From Mizuhopecten yessoensis (Eukaryota), in contig NW_018407210.1 of NCBI RefSeq assembly GCF_002113885.1, positions 160,926 through 205,292 on the forward strand: a DNA stretch of 44,367 nt, read 5' to 3'. The stretch's first letter is position 1. Each line of letters starts with the position of its first letter. A program made the translations under genes and the position numbers. Below the pieces are notes generated by a model. The model searched no databases. It had not been told where the DNA came from and saw only the letters and a program-made list of their open reading frames with translations. Shown here one piece after another: positions 20,234 to 30,691 of the stretch.

Positions 20234-21637
20234 ATGACTCGTATAAATTACTGTGAGAGACAAGACCTACTACTATTGCCGGGTATTGGAGAGCGTCTGG
20301 CGGACAAAATTCTACAAGTCCGTGAAGTAATGGGGGACATTACTAAAGAGGTTCTGTTGGCCATTCCATACCTGAGGCCCACAGAGACCATGTTAAACCA
20401 AATAGACTTTACACCGCGATATGAACGGTTTACTGACATGGGTGAGAACTTGACGGGTGAGCATCACACCTACAAAATGGACCCACCACCAAAGGTTCAA
20501 CATCCTTCACCACCACGACTACAAGTTCAAAATCCAGGACCGTATTTTGACAATTATGGGTATCCTGGCAGCCGCCAGAGAGAACATCGACAGCAGTACC
20601 AGTACACTAATTACCGAGACCCATACGAACAGGAATACCACGGTCAGCCCCGTCAACCACAGTTCAACTTTCCACCTCCAAGGTACAATCCGGGGAATCC
20701 GCCGCCAAGACGTGGACGGGTGGTAGCTCCCAAGACGTTACGCTATGATGGAAACTCCGATTGGAAAGCTTTTTGCACAAAGTTTACTAGATTCACTGAG
20801 GCGGAGAATCTTACTGCTCGTGAATGTCGGGATAACCTTTGCTGGATACTGGAGGGCAAAGCTAGTGAGTTTTTCACTATGCTCTTGGATCGTGATTCAA
20901 CGATGGAATTTTTCGATATCATGTCAAAAATGGAACGCCGTTTTGGATTCAAGGAGCTGGCCGAGACTACCCAAGCACGCCTTCGTAACGCCCGACAGTA
21001 CCCTGACGAGAAGCTAGCAGATTGGGCTGATCGGGTGTTATCTTTAGCTACCAGAGCCTATCAGGATCTGCCCGATGAGTTTATGTATAAACAAGCGATC
21101 TCCACAATTTGCCAGGGAGCAGCAGATAAAGAAGCAGGCCAATATGTTTCTAACCTAAGATTGGGATCTATTGAGGAAGTGGTGGACAAGATGAGACTTT
21201 TTCAACATACAAGAAAGTCTATCTATGGTCGCGACCGTCCTAGACCTTCGCCTGTCGAAGAACTAATCATACAAGAGGAAGAAGGTACTAGTGTCAGCAG
21301 GACATTCCAGCGTAGAGTCCCAAATTCTCAGTCCTCATTCCAGCCATCTTCAGCAACAAACCAAAGGCTGTCAGCCCTAGAAGACAAGGTATCGGACATG
21401 CAAAAATCCCTTAAACAAATTTTGGAGGCTGTTCGTGTCCCAGAGGAAAGGATCAAAAGGAATGTGGTTTGTTATGGTTGTGGCCAGACAGGCCATTTTA
21501 AGTCGAACTGTCCTAATGCTGAAGATAATAAATCTGTGAAACTCCTGGATGCGGCTGAAAAGACTGAAGGTGAAGAAGTAGTCCCTGGATCTGAAGAAGT
21601 TGAGGACTCGTTAAACACCGACAGGTCGGCCAACTAG
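20234..21637 (+). CDS. gag: gag (467 aa): N-terminal HhH motif (LLLPGIGERLADKIL), Gln/Pro/Tyr-rich linker, capsid-like region, CCHC zinc knuckle (CYGCGQTGHFKSNC)
   Basis: CX2CX4HX4C motif at 21469..21510. Sits upstream of pol within the LTR element. Confidence 0.85.
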   Translation: MTRINYCERQDLLLLPGIGERLADKILQVREVMGDITKEVLLAIPYLRPTETMLNQIDFTPRYERFTDMGENLTGEHHTYKMDPPPKVQHPSPPRLQVQNPGPYFDNYGYPGSRQREHRQQYQYTNYRDPYEQEYHGQPRQPQFNFPPPRYNPGNPPPRRGRVVAPKTLRYDGNSDWKAFCTKFTRFTEAENLTARECRDNLCWILEGKASEFFTMLLDRDSTMEFFDIMSKMERRFGFKELAETTQARLRNARQYPDEKLADWADRVLSLATRAYQDLPDEFMYKQAISTICQGAADKEAGQYVSNLRLGSIEEVVDKMRLFQHTRKSIYGRDRPRPSPVEELIIQEEEGTSVSRTFQRRVPNSQSSFQPSSATNQRLSALEDKVSDMQKSLKQILEAVRVPEERIKRNVVCYGCGQTGHFKSNCPNAEDNKSVKLLDAAEKTEGEEVVPGSEEVEDSLNTDRSAN

Positions 21638-24600
21638 ACCTAAGCCCGACCTTAGATGTTAAAAATGGTCTTCATCCTACACGGTCAACAATTACACCAG
21701 ATGACCTTATCAGTGAGGTAATGACTGATAACACCACCGAATCAACCCGTGTTGAACTTGATAATATTACCCGATTACGGTCAACATCCATGTTTCAAGT
21801 GCCTGTTATCGTGGGAGGTTTTCATACAAGAGCAGTGGTGGATACCGGTGCTGAAGTATCAATCATATCGGATGAGGTATACAAAAACCTTGTTGAGCCA
21901 CCCTCGATATTGAAACATGTGACACTTAATGCAGCAGGCAGAGATCAACCAATTGAGAGCTATATTGTTGGACCCATCGAACTAGATATAGGATCTAAGA
22001 GTTACAAGGTTAGCATTTATGTTGGACCAATTGAAGATGATATCTTGCTGGGTCTGGACTTTCTGAAGCCCAATAATGCTCAACTTGACATTTCAGGGGA
22101 TACTCTTACCCTGGGTATTGGTGGAGAGAAAATTTCAGTGAACACAGGAAAAGAATTTTTACCTGCTTCCGAAGGCAAGGTATATGTACAGAAACGGACT
22201 GTAGTACCACCGAACAGTGTAGCAAGAGTGTGTTGTCGAATTTCCGGAAAGGTAGGCAGTTCTAGTCTAATTGTGGAGCCTACAGTAGAAAATGGACTAC
22301 TAATTCCGAGATCATTGTATGACACAGCCTCGCAGATCAGGTTGTACTGTGTGAATGTCACGGACAGAAATATAATTCTGAAAAGGAAAACGGAAATTGC
22401 GATAGTCAATGAGGCAAGAGAAATTATTGCGAATGTTGAAAGTCATGCGGATCCCATATTTGTGGAGACATTACGCTGTGGCGAGGAAACACCGGACATT
22501 GCGCCTTCGCATGTACAGAGTCTCATTGATGGCGCGAAAGAACAGTTGTCGGTTGAGGAGTTAAGTCAATTTGCTCAACTTATTAAGGATAATTCCGATG
22601 TTTTTGCGAAAAATGACTTTGACCTGGGACATTTTAGTGCTATCAAACACAATATTGATACAGGTACGGCACGGCCGATAAAGCAACGTTTTCGCAGAAC
22701 GCCAGCATGTTTTGCCAACGAAGAGGATTTGCATCTAAAGAAGATGCTAGATTCTGGAGTTATCGAATCCTCTACATCCGAGTGGGCGTCAGCACCAGTG
22801 CTGATCCGTAAACGTGACGGCGGAGTGCGCTGGTGCATAGATTATCGGGGACTGAACTCGGTAACTACTAAAGACGTGTTTCCATTACCGTTAATAGAAG
22901 AATGCCTCGACGCATTGACCGATAACGTGTGGTTTTCGAAACTAGATGCCAACTCGGCTTATTGGCAAGTCCTTGTCAATGAATCGGACAGACATAAGAC
23001 TGCCTTCAGTACAAAACACGGATTGTTTCAGTTTGTCAAAATGGGATTCGGACTTTGTAACGCCCCAGCAACTTATGCCAGAGTAATGAACCTGGTTCTT
23101 CGTGGATTAACATGGAACATTGTTCTTGCCTTCCTGGACGATGTGTTGGTTCTTGGGAAGACCTTCGATGAGCATCTCCAAAATCTAGCAGAAGTCTTTG
23201 AGCGCATCAGGGCGTATCAACTGAAACTCAAACCCGCTAAGTGCGAATTCTTTAAAAAGAAGGTTGACTTCTTAGGGCGAACAGTTAGTGAAAGTGGCAT
23301 TGAAACCAGTGGCAAACACATCGAAAAGATGAAGGAGTGGCCAACACCAACATCATCTAAGGATGTTGAGCAATTCTTGGGGTTTGCCAACTACCATCGC
23401 TCATTTATTCCCGAATATGCCAAAATTGCAGCTCCTCTGTACCAATTGACAGGAAAGAATGACTTTCGGTGGGATGAGGAACAGGAAAAAGCATTTTCCA
23501 GCTTAAAATCTTCCCTGAGTTCTCCACCTGTTTTGGGAATACCGAATAACAGCGATATGTTTGTGCTCGACACAGACGCATCTGACTTTGCTATTGGTGG
23601 TGAGTTGTGCCAAATTCAAGAAGGCAAGGAAAGAACAATAGCTTATGCTAGTTATTCCCTGACATCAGAACAGCGTCGCTATTGTACAACAAGAAAAGAA
23701 CTTTTGGCAGTAGTTCGCTTTACCAGACAGTTTCGCCATTATCTGCTTGGTCGCAAGTTTGTGGTGAGAACTGATCACAACAGTTTGGTTTGGTTGCTCA
23801 ACTTCAAAAATCCCCAAGGACAACTGGCGAGATGGCTTGAAGAGTTAAGCCAGTATGATCTAACTATTGTACACCGAAAAGGAAAAGACCATCAAAATGC
23901 TGACAGTCTCTCCCGGAGTCTACCAAAAGACCAGTGCGGAAACTTGAAACATGGGCAAGATCCTACCACGTTACCATGCGGAGGATGTGCCTATTGTACT
24001 CGGGCTCATGAACATTGGCATCAGTTTATCTCTGATGTGGACGAGGCGGTCTCTCTAAGTAACATACCCTGCGTACAAAAAGTAACCCAGTCTGACAATA
24101 CTTTCGCCGTGGAAGGAAGTCTATATAGCGAGAATTTGACCATAGAAGTGTCTGCTTTTGGAATAAATATCCTCACTAGATCTGAAAGGAGTGATATTGA
24201 AGACATGAACGTCAACGCCTTGGATATTCAATTCTCGGGTTACTCGGCAAAGGAAATCCGGACTGCTCAGGAGCAAGATCCAGAGTTATCTATACTGCTA
24301 GAGTGGGTAAAGAATAAGAAAGAGGTGGACGAAGGAGAACTGTTTGGATCCAGTAGAGCCATAAAGTATTACTGGATTAACCGTGAGTTATACTTCCTGG
24401 ATGAGTCTGGTATATTGTGGAGGAAGGATCTAGAAGACACTAGCAAAACTCAATCCTTGGTTATACCTCCCAGTATGAGAGAAGACGCTATTTCTTTGTG
24501 CCATGACATCCCGGCTAGCGCTCATCAGGGAATCAACCGAACAGAATCCATGGTTCGCCAGAGGTTCCATTGGTATGGCTTGCCTCGCGACGTTCAAAAG

Positions 24601-25746
24601 TTCGTGAAATCCTGTGTCATCTGCAACACCAAGAAAAAAGCCAGTCGAAAGGCTCGATGCCCGTTGACTCTTTTCCAATCAGGGGAACCCATGGAAAGAG
24701 TTCATCTTGACTTCTTGGGCCCACTACCCATAACAGCAACAGGAAATGAACACATATTAGTTATGGTAGACCAGTTTACCAAATGGGTTGAATGTGTTCC
24801 CTTACCTTCGCAGACCGCCGCGACAACCGCAAAAGCAGCTGTAAACGAATTCTTCGCGAGATTTGGATATCCGTTCCAAATTCATACAGACCAAGGTAGA
24901 AACTTTGAAAGTCGTCTGTTTAAAGCTTTGTGTGAAGTTACGCAAATTCATAAAACTCGTACAACGGCTTATAGACCTTCTGCCAATGGACAAGTGGAGA
25001 GGTATAATCGCACCATCATGAACGCAGTTCGATGCTTCATAAACTCTCAAAGTGAATGGGACATCTATTTACCACAGCTAGCTGGCGCGCTAAGGTGTTC
25101 CGTAAACCGCCAAACTGGACATACCGCCAACAAGTTAATGCTGGGCCGGGAGACCAATCAGCCTGCAGATCTCTTGTATGCCGCTCCATCGAACAAGAAG
25201 GCGAAGGACTCTCGCGACTCTGAAAGTTATGTGGACAATTTGGTAGATGCAATTCAGCGTGCCCATGAAACCGCCAGAAAAACCCTTGCCACAACGCAGA
25301 GGAGAATGAAACGTGATTACGATGTTCGCGTTTACACTACCGAGTTCATTGAAGGGGATGTGGTCTACGTCTTCGACAATGCAACGCCTAAGGGACAAAA
25401 TCCCAAGTTAAAGGCCGTTTGGAAAGGTCCTGGACTCATAGTCAAAAAGTACACGCCGTACGTCTATGGAGTACAGATGGGGAAGACGCGACAAGTCATT
25501 AATCACGATCGATTAAAAATGTGTAATGACCGTAAGCGACCCCAATGGATAATCGATCTCCAGGAGCACCGAGCGGAACCGGTAGAGGAAACCCACTGTG
25601 TCTGCCATCAAACGGATGATGGGACCATCATGATCCAGTGTGACTTTTGTTTTGTGTGGTTCCATGGACGTTGTGTGGGCTTAAATGTAGAGGAAGCCGA
25701 ACAGCTGGAACTTTATTGCTGTACTACGTGTGAACAATCTGTATAA
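21604..25746 (+). CDS. pol: pol (frame open from 21604; first ATG at 21721): protease (VDTGAEVS), RT (FSKLDANSAYWQV; FLDD), RNase H (VLDTDASDFAIGG), integrase (HHCC + DDE + GPY/F), C-terminal PHD-type zinc finger
   Basis: Domain order PR-RT-RH-IN means Ty3/gypsy. It is in the -1 frame relative to gag with a 34-nt overlap. Confidence 0.9.
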   Translation, partial: GLVKHRQVGQLDLSPTLDVKNGLHPTRSTITPDDLISEVMTDNTTESTRVELDNITRLRSTSMFQVPVIVGGFHTRAVVDTGAEVSIISDEVYKNLVEPPSILKHVTLNAAGRDQPIESYIVGPIELDIGSKSYKVSIYVGPIEDDILLGLDFLKPNNAQLDISGDTLTLGIGGEKISVNTGKEFLPASEGKVYVQKRTVVPPNSVARVCCRISGKVGSSSLIVEPTVENGLLIPRSLYDTASQIRLYCVNVTDRNIILKRKTEIAIVNEAREIIANVESHADPIFVETLRCGEETPDIAPSHVQSLIDGAKEQLSVEELSQFAQLIKDNSDVFAKNDFDLGHFSAIKHNIDTGTARPIKQRFRRTPACFANEEDLHLKKMLDSGVIESSTSEWASAPVLIRKRDGGVRWCIDYRGLNSVTTKDVFPLPLIEECLDALTDNVWFSKLDANSAYWQVLVNESDRHKTAFSTKHGLFQFVKMGFGLCNAPATYARVMNLVLRGLTWNIVLAFLDDVLVLGKTFDEHLQNLAEVFERIRAYQLKLKPAKCEFFKKKVDFLGRTVSESGIETSGKHIEKMKEWPTPTSSKDVEQFLGFANYHRSFIPEYAKIAAPLYQLTGKNDFRWDEEQEKAFSSLKSSLSSPPVLGIPNNSDMFVLDTDASDFAIGGELCQIQEGKERTIAYASYSLTSEQRRYCTTRKELLAVVRFTRQFRHYLLGRKFVVRTDHNSLVWLLNFKNPQGQLARWLEELSQYDLTIVHRKGKDHQNADSLSRSLPKDQCGNLKHGQDPTTLPCGGCAYCTRAHEHWHQFISDVDEAVSLSNIPCVQKVTQSDNTFAVEGSLYSENLTIEVSAFGINILTRSERSDIEDMNVNALDIQFSGYSAKEIRTAQEQDPELSILLEWVKNKKEVDEGELFGSSRAIKYYWINRELYFLDESGILWRKDLEDTSKTQSLVIPPSMREDAISLCHDIPASAHQGINRTESMVRQRFHWYGLPRDVQKFVKSCVICNTKKKASRKARCPLTLFQSGEPMERVHLDFLGPLPITATGNEHILVMVDQFTKWVECVPLPSQTAATTAKAAVNEFFARFGYPFQIHTDQGRNFESRLFKALCEVTQIHKTRTTAYRPSANGQVERYNRTIMNAVRCFINSQSEWDIYLPQLAGALRCSVNRQTGHTANKLMLGRETNQPADLLYAAPSNKKAKDSRDSESYVDNLVDAIQRAHETARKTLATTQRRMKRDYDVRVYTTEFIEGDVVYVFDNATPKGQNPKLKAVWKGPGLIVKKYTPYVYGVQMGKTRQVINHDRLKMCNDRKRPQWIIDLQEHRAEPVEETHCVCHQTDDGTIMIQCDFCFVWFHGRCVGLNVEEAEQLELYCCTTCEQSV

Positions 25747-25782
25747 GTGTGAACTGACTCCACAGTATACAGGGACTTCTAT

Positions 25783-25796
25783 AAAAGAGGGAGGAA
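25783..25796 (+). promoter_or_regulatory. Polypurine tract AAAAGAGGGAGGAA, immediately 5' of the 3' LTR
   Basis: Purine run abutting the LTR start TGTGG. Confidence 0.75.
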
Positions 25797-25977
25797 TGTG
25801 GTGTTTGTTGACGTTCTGTAAGCGTGCGAATGACTGTGAGTGAAGCATGTGAGTGACCTCGAATTGTTCATGCATGTGTTTTGTTCCAAGATAAAAAGTA
25901 CCCAAGCTGAGATAGCTGTCCAGTGTTCTATATTTGTGAAGCGTATGTGTGCCGACTGTACTGGTACGAATACAACA
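25797..25977 (+). repeat. 3' LTR (181 bp)
   Basis: Identical to the 5' LTR. Confidence 0.9.
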
Positions 25978-26799
25978 ATAGGTAGCTCGCCGGAGGTAGC
26001 ACAGGAGTTTGACAGTATATCAATATAATAGTCTAGATGAATGGGGTATTTTTTCATCTGGACTTTTGTATTATATTGATATAATTTCGAACATAACAGA
26101 AAAGAATTACTCACAATTGCTGCAATGCCCTTCAAAGTCAATATATATTATACTTAATCATCAGTATTGATCGATGAAAAGCTGATGAAGATGAAGTCAG
26201 TCATTTCAGACCAGCTGTTATAATCACTGAAATCAGTCATGTAGTTTTTGAGGAATTTTGTTTCAGTCCTCGTTAATTTTAATTTGGTACTTTTATACCA
26301 TTGGACCCCTGTCCCACAGCTGTCTGTGTTGTTCCCTATATATATACCTATACTATACAATTGCCTTGCTAGCTCCACTTAATTTCGGCTTGGGTTGTTT
26401 TGCCAGGACACTTCCGCTGACCAGGTATAATAGCTCATTCGGTCAGAATGAAAGTATACGATGTAAGTCCATGGTTTAAATCCAAGTTTAGCCTGAATGT
26501 TTAAATGTACTCGGTCAGAACACTCCTGTTGATTACAAGTAAATTTTGTTTGTTTCATCATGATTATTTCTCAAAAAAGTCCTGCAAGATAGGATTTTCT
26601 TTTCAGAAATGATATATCAAAGCTTCACATGATGCCTGAAAAGACAGTTTTTTTAAGTACTTAAGTACAGTTTTGGCAGAGAACTCTTTGGAAGTACCAA
26701 AACATACCGTGTCCTGTGTAATAACCAACAAACCAAGCCAGCAAGCTAAGCTGACCCAAATCAATTAACCTTGAATAACTACAAATTCATTCCTGTTTG

Positions 26800-27240
26800 C
26801 GAAATTTATAGTACTCCATGTCTGCAAGCTACGGCCTTAACACTACAAGTCTATAGGCCTGTTATTTCTTCAAAAGACGTTGTTAGGATGTTTTATAATA
26901 TTTGACCCCGAGACCTTGAATATAGGTTAAGGTAATTTCTTTTCACAAAATTTGTAACATTCCATCTCAGCAAGCTATTTGCCATATATCTATCATGACT
27001 GTAAGTCTTTCAATTCTTCATAAGAAGTTGTTTAAGCATTTTAACAAATTTGATTCTTTTGACCTTGTTTCTAGGTCAAGGTTATTTTTGTTATTAAACT
27101 TGTTGTACTTCATGCCTGCAAAATACTGGCCAAATAGTATTTTGAGTTCTTCACTCAGAAGAAGAATCTTGAAGTTTTTCCCCATACCTGACCCCGGTTA
27201 CCTTGAAAAGATTGCAGGTTTTAATCATCACAGGGAGCTA
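26800..27240. repeat. Degenerate ~150-bp tandem repeat x3 (..tgcaagcta..ttcttca.aaga..ttgacc..)
   Basis: Three diverged units with shared cores; the ORF at 26995..27258 is repeat read-through. Confidence 0.55.
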
Positions 27241-27794
27241 CAAACTGATGGTTCTTAAGAAGACATGTAAATGAAAAGCTGAAGGACAACATATCATGGT
27301 GGCAGCCACACCACAAAATCAACTTGCATGAGACCCGTTGGGCTGAAAATGTTTCTCTCTTCCCGGTGTGTTTAAATCAATGTTGATTGTTCATTTCACA
27401 CATGATACATGTACATTTTTGTTTTACCATACAGCAATTTCAACAACAGAACAAGTAACTGAGTTCAAGATTTATTCAACAATTTCATGAATTTATAATA
27501 CATAAGTTACTACATACACAAATGTATGTATGATTACAAAATATATAGTAGTGGCCTACACAGGTGAAATGAATTATTTAATATTGCAAAAGTTATTTCT
27601 CTTGAAACAGTCAAATTAGATGTTTCAGAAACCAATTTGCTCTCATTACTTTGTACAGCTGTAACAGAAATTCAAAGGTGAAGTTTGATAGAATTCATAA
27701 ATAACTGAGGAAGAAATTTTCTAATCATTAAAATGAAAAAAAGTGTGAATTTGTTTAATGCACCAATCTTCATGTTGTATACATTTACACAAGT

Positions 27795-28705
27795 CTTTGG
27801 AGCAGTATACCAGTAACTAGTTACCACTAGGACAGATTGTGTCTCCCTCTGTCACCCTTCACACACATCCATGGAGCAGTATACCAGTAACTAATTACCA
27901 CTAGGACAGATTGTGTCACACTCTGTCACACTTCACACACATCCATAGAGCAGTATACCAGTAACTAATTACCACTAGGACAGATTGTGTCACACTCTGT
28001 CACACTTCACACACATCCATGGTGCAGTATACCAGTAACTAGTTACCACTAGGACAGAGTGTTTTACACTCTGTCACACTTCACACACATCCATGGAGCA
28101 GTATGCCAGTAACTAGTTACCACTAGGACAGATTGTGTCACCCTCTGTCACACTTCACACACATCCATGGATCAGTATACAAGTAACTAGTTACCACTAG
28201 GACAGATTGTGTCACCCTCTGTCACACTTCACACACATCCATGGATCAGTATACCAGTAACTAGTTACCACTAGGACAGATCGTGTCACACTCTGCCACA
28301 CGTCACACACATCCATGGAGCAGTATACCAGTAACTAATTACCACTAGGACAGATTGTGTCACACTCTGTCACACTTCACACACATCCATGGTGCAGTAT
28401 ACCAGTAACTAGTTACCACTAGGACAGAGTGAGTCACACTCTGTCACACTTCACACACATCCATGGTGCAGTATACCAGTAACTAGTTACCACTAGGACA
28501 GATCGTGTCACACTCTGCCACACGTCACACACATCCATGGAGCAGTATACCAGTAACTAATTACCACTAGGACAGATTGTGTCACACTCTGTCACACTTC
28601 ACACACATCCATGGTGCAGTATACCAGTAACTAGTTACCACTAGGACAGATTGTGTCACACTCTGTCACACTTCACACACATCCGTGGAGCAGTTTACAA
28701 ACACA
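27795..28705. repeat. 74-bp satellite (ccatggagcagtataccagtaactagttaccactaggacagattgtgtcacactctgtcacacttcacacacat), ~12 copies
   Basis: Period 74 (27871 to 27945 to 28019). Confidence 0.95.
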
Positions 28706-29712
28706 CATCACCCTAACAAATTGAATCACATTTTCTATCAGACTTTACCAGTATCATATACATAGGAAACTCATATGACTATTTTTATATTAAGGAAAGT
28801 GGAAAATTTCAACTATGATTTCCCCTTCAGGTATATATACTGTACATGAACATACAATATTTTTAAGGTTTCACAATTATATCAATAATATTATTGTCTC
28901 TAAAACATCAATTTCCAATTTGTTCTTTGTATGTTGCACATGAATCTATAAACATATTTCTGTATCAATGTACAAAGAAGCAAAAGTATTGTAATCTTTC
29001 TTTACTACATCATTCTATTGTCTCCCTTTGACCACTGCTCATTGGTGGGTTGTTAAAAACACCCTGCTCAGATCACAAAACTTAACAGAGCACTATTAGT
29101 GCTATTTTGCAGTTTCTCATATAAATCAAGGGTTTGAAATGAATGAAAATGATAAAGGAAATGGTTTTCTCCTTTCACATATGTGTTACATCTTTCTGAA
29201 AGCACTAACAATGACTCAAACTAACGGGCGCAAAAGAGTTCCTGTATGGCATATGCATTGATAGGCCAGGAAAATACCAATGTTAGCATATTTGTAACAA
29301 TTAATATACAGCTCCCTGGTTTTCCAAAATGTTTTCACATTTTACAAGGAAAACACTTTTAAAACTAAATTGTAACAGAAAATACAATTGAAAGTTGCAT
29401 GTCACAGGTTTTCTCAACTACTTCTACTCAACATTGACAACCACAATCCTCTCCATCCAGAACAATGTTACAAAGCACCGTCTGAGCCAGTGGATTGCCG
29501 GAGCTTACTTATGTTAAGCCTCATCTCTTACTAGGTTAACCTTGGTCAGCAATCTTCATGTTTAATGGCATCAGGAGGGCAGCCATCCTTTTGAGCTCTG
29601 ACTAAGGGCGGGTAATTCTTTTACAGTTAAAACTCTTTATATTCAAAGGCGTCCATTAAAATGTCAAGTCTATAGTTGCTTGTATCACAATGAAGTTGAT
29701 GACTTATGGTGA

Positions 29713-29751
29713 TCAATTCCGTAACTTTGCAAGTCGCTGCGTAAGCTCGTC
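29713..29751 (-). CDS. CHMP1: CHMP1-like last coding exon: DELTQRLAKLRN*
   Basis: ttttcag acceptor and TGA stop. Matches human CHMP1B DELSQRLARLRDQV*. Confidence 0.7.
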   Translation of the reverse strand, partial: DELTQRLAKLRN

Positions 29752-30027
29752 CTGAAAAAGAGAATATTAACTTGAATTACGCTGGTACAAGTAAGGTATG
29801 ACCGGTAAATTCATTAAGTATTACCAAAAGTGGCTATAATGACACACGTAGAATAGGCAGTACATTGAAGTTGTTTATTTCATTTACAGAGGAGATTTGA
29901 CATAATATAAACTTGTTTTTACAACTTATATAAATCACTCTTGTTGGCCAAGATGTTAGCTTGCTGGGGTTCTTAATTGACTTGACATATTAAGGTATGC
30001 TAACTAAAAGACCTGACAGAAACCTAC

Positions 30028-30109
30028 CTGTTCATTACTAGCATTTGATGAGGCTACTCCAGAAGGTAAGGAGGACTGCGCTGATGGAAGGTCCATGTTT
30101 AATTCCAAA
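30028..30109 (-). CDS. CHMP1: CHMP1-like exon: (G)LELNMDLPSAQSSLPSGVASSNASNEQ
   Basis: tgttacag acceptor and CAG|GTAGGT donor. Matches CHMP1B LDLNMELPQGQTGSVGTSVASAEQ. Confidence 0.75.
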
Positions 30110-30539
30110 CTGTAACAGTAAACACGATACATTTTAACTACAATACATTATGTAAAGATAGCTAGACAAGATTCATATATTTTATTTTTTTTACAAAAAA
30201 TTGCTGCTTTTTCCTGACACTCATGGACAGATGTATATAAGTACTGAAATGAAAATCCAACTATTTACAATATCATATTTTTTTAATTTTGATTCATTGT
30301 ATGTGCCAGCCAATAAATGCAACATGCTACCATTCAAAGACCTATAGTTCAACCTCTACCTGAAGTTATTTCCATGATATGTAATATACATTTCTTTTAA
30401 TTCATCATAAAAATGCAACAATGTGTCTTTGAAATAGCATGTAAAGTAGATAAGTAACTTAAAGGAACTGTTCAACATCATGGTTAATCTCAGGAAAATG
30501 TAAGTAGCCTTCTTTGGTGTTCATAGTAACTGAACATAC

Positions 30540-30691
30540 CCAGCCTCATCAGCGACCTCCTGCATCAGTCCCTCCACCTGTGTCTGGGGGGTGTTGAGGG
30601 TGGACGATGCATTCATTGTGTCTTCCATCACCTGTGACTGCACATCCAGATTCTCAAACTGTTGTTCAAACCGGTCCATCAACTGTGAGAT
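30540..30691 (-). CDS. CHMP1: CHMP1-like exon: ISQLMDRFEQQFENLDVQSQVMEDTMNASSTLNTPQTQVEGLMQEVADEA(G)
   Basis: Matches CHMP1B ISALMDKFEHQFETLDVQTQQMEDTMSSTTTLTTPQNQVDMLLQEMADEAG. ttgaacag acceptor and GG|GTATGT donor. Confidence 0.85.

Larger units (their letters stand above)
18382..25977 (+). mobile_element. Full-length Ty3/gypsy-type LTR retrotransposon: LTR-PBS-ORF0(SGNH-like)-gag-pol(PR-RT-RH-IN-PHD)-PPT-LTR, flanked by a 4-bp TSD
   Basis: Identical 181-bp direct repeats 7415 bp apart that begin TG and end CA. ATAG at 18378-18381 and again at 25978-25981. Intact gag and pol ORFs. Confidence 0.92.
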
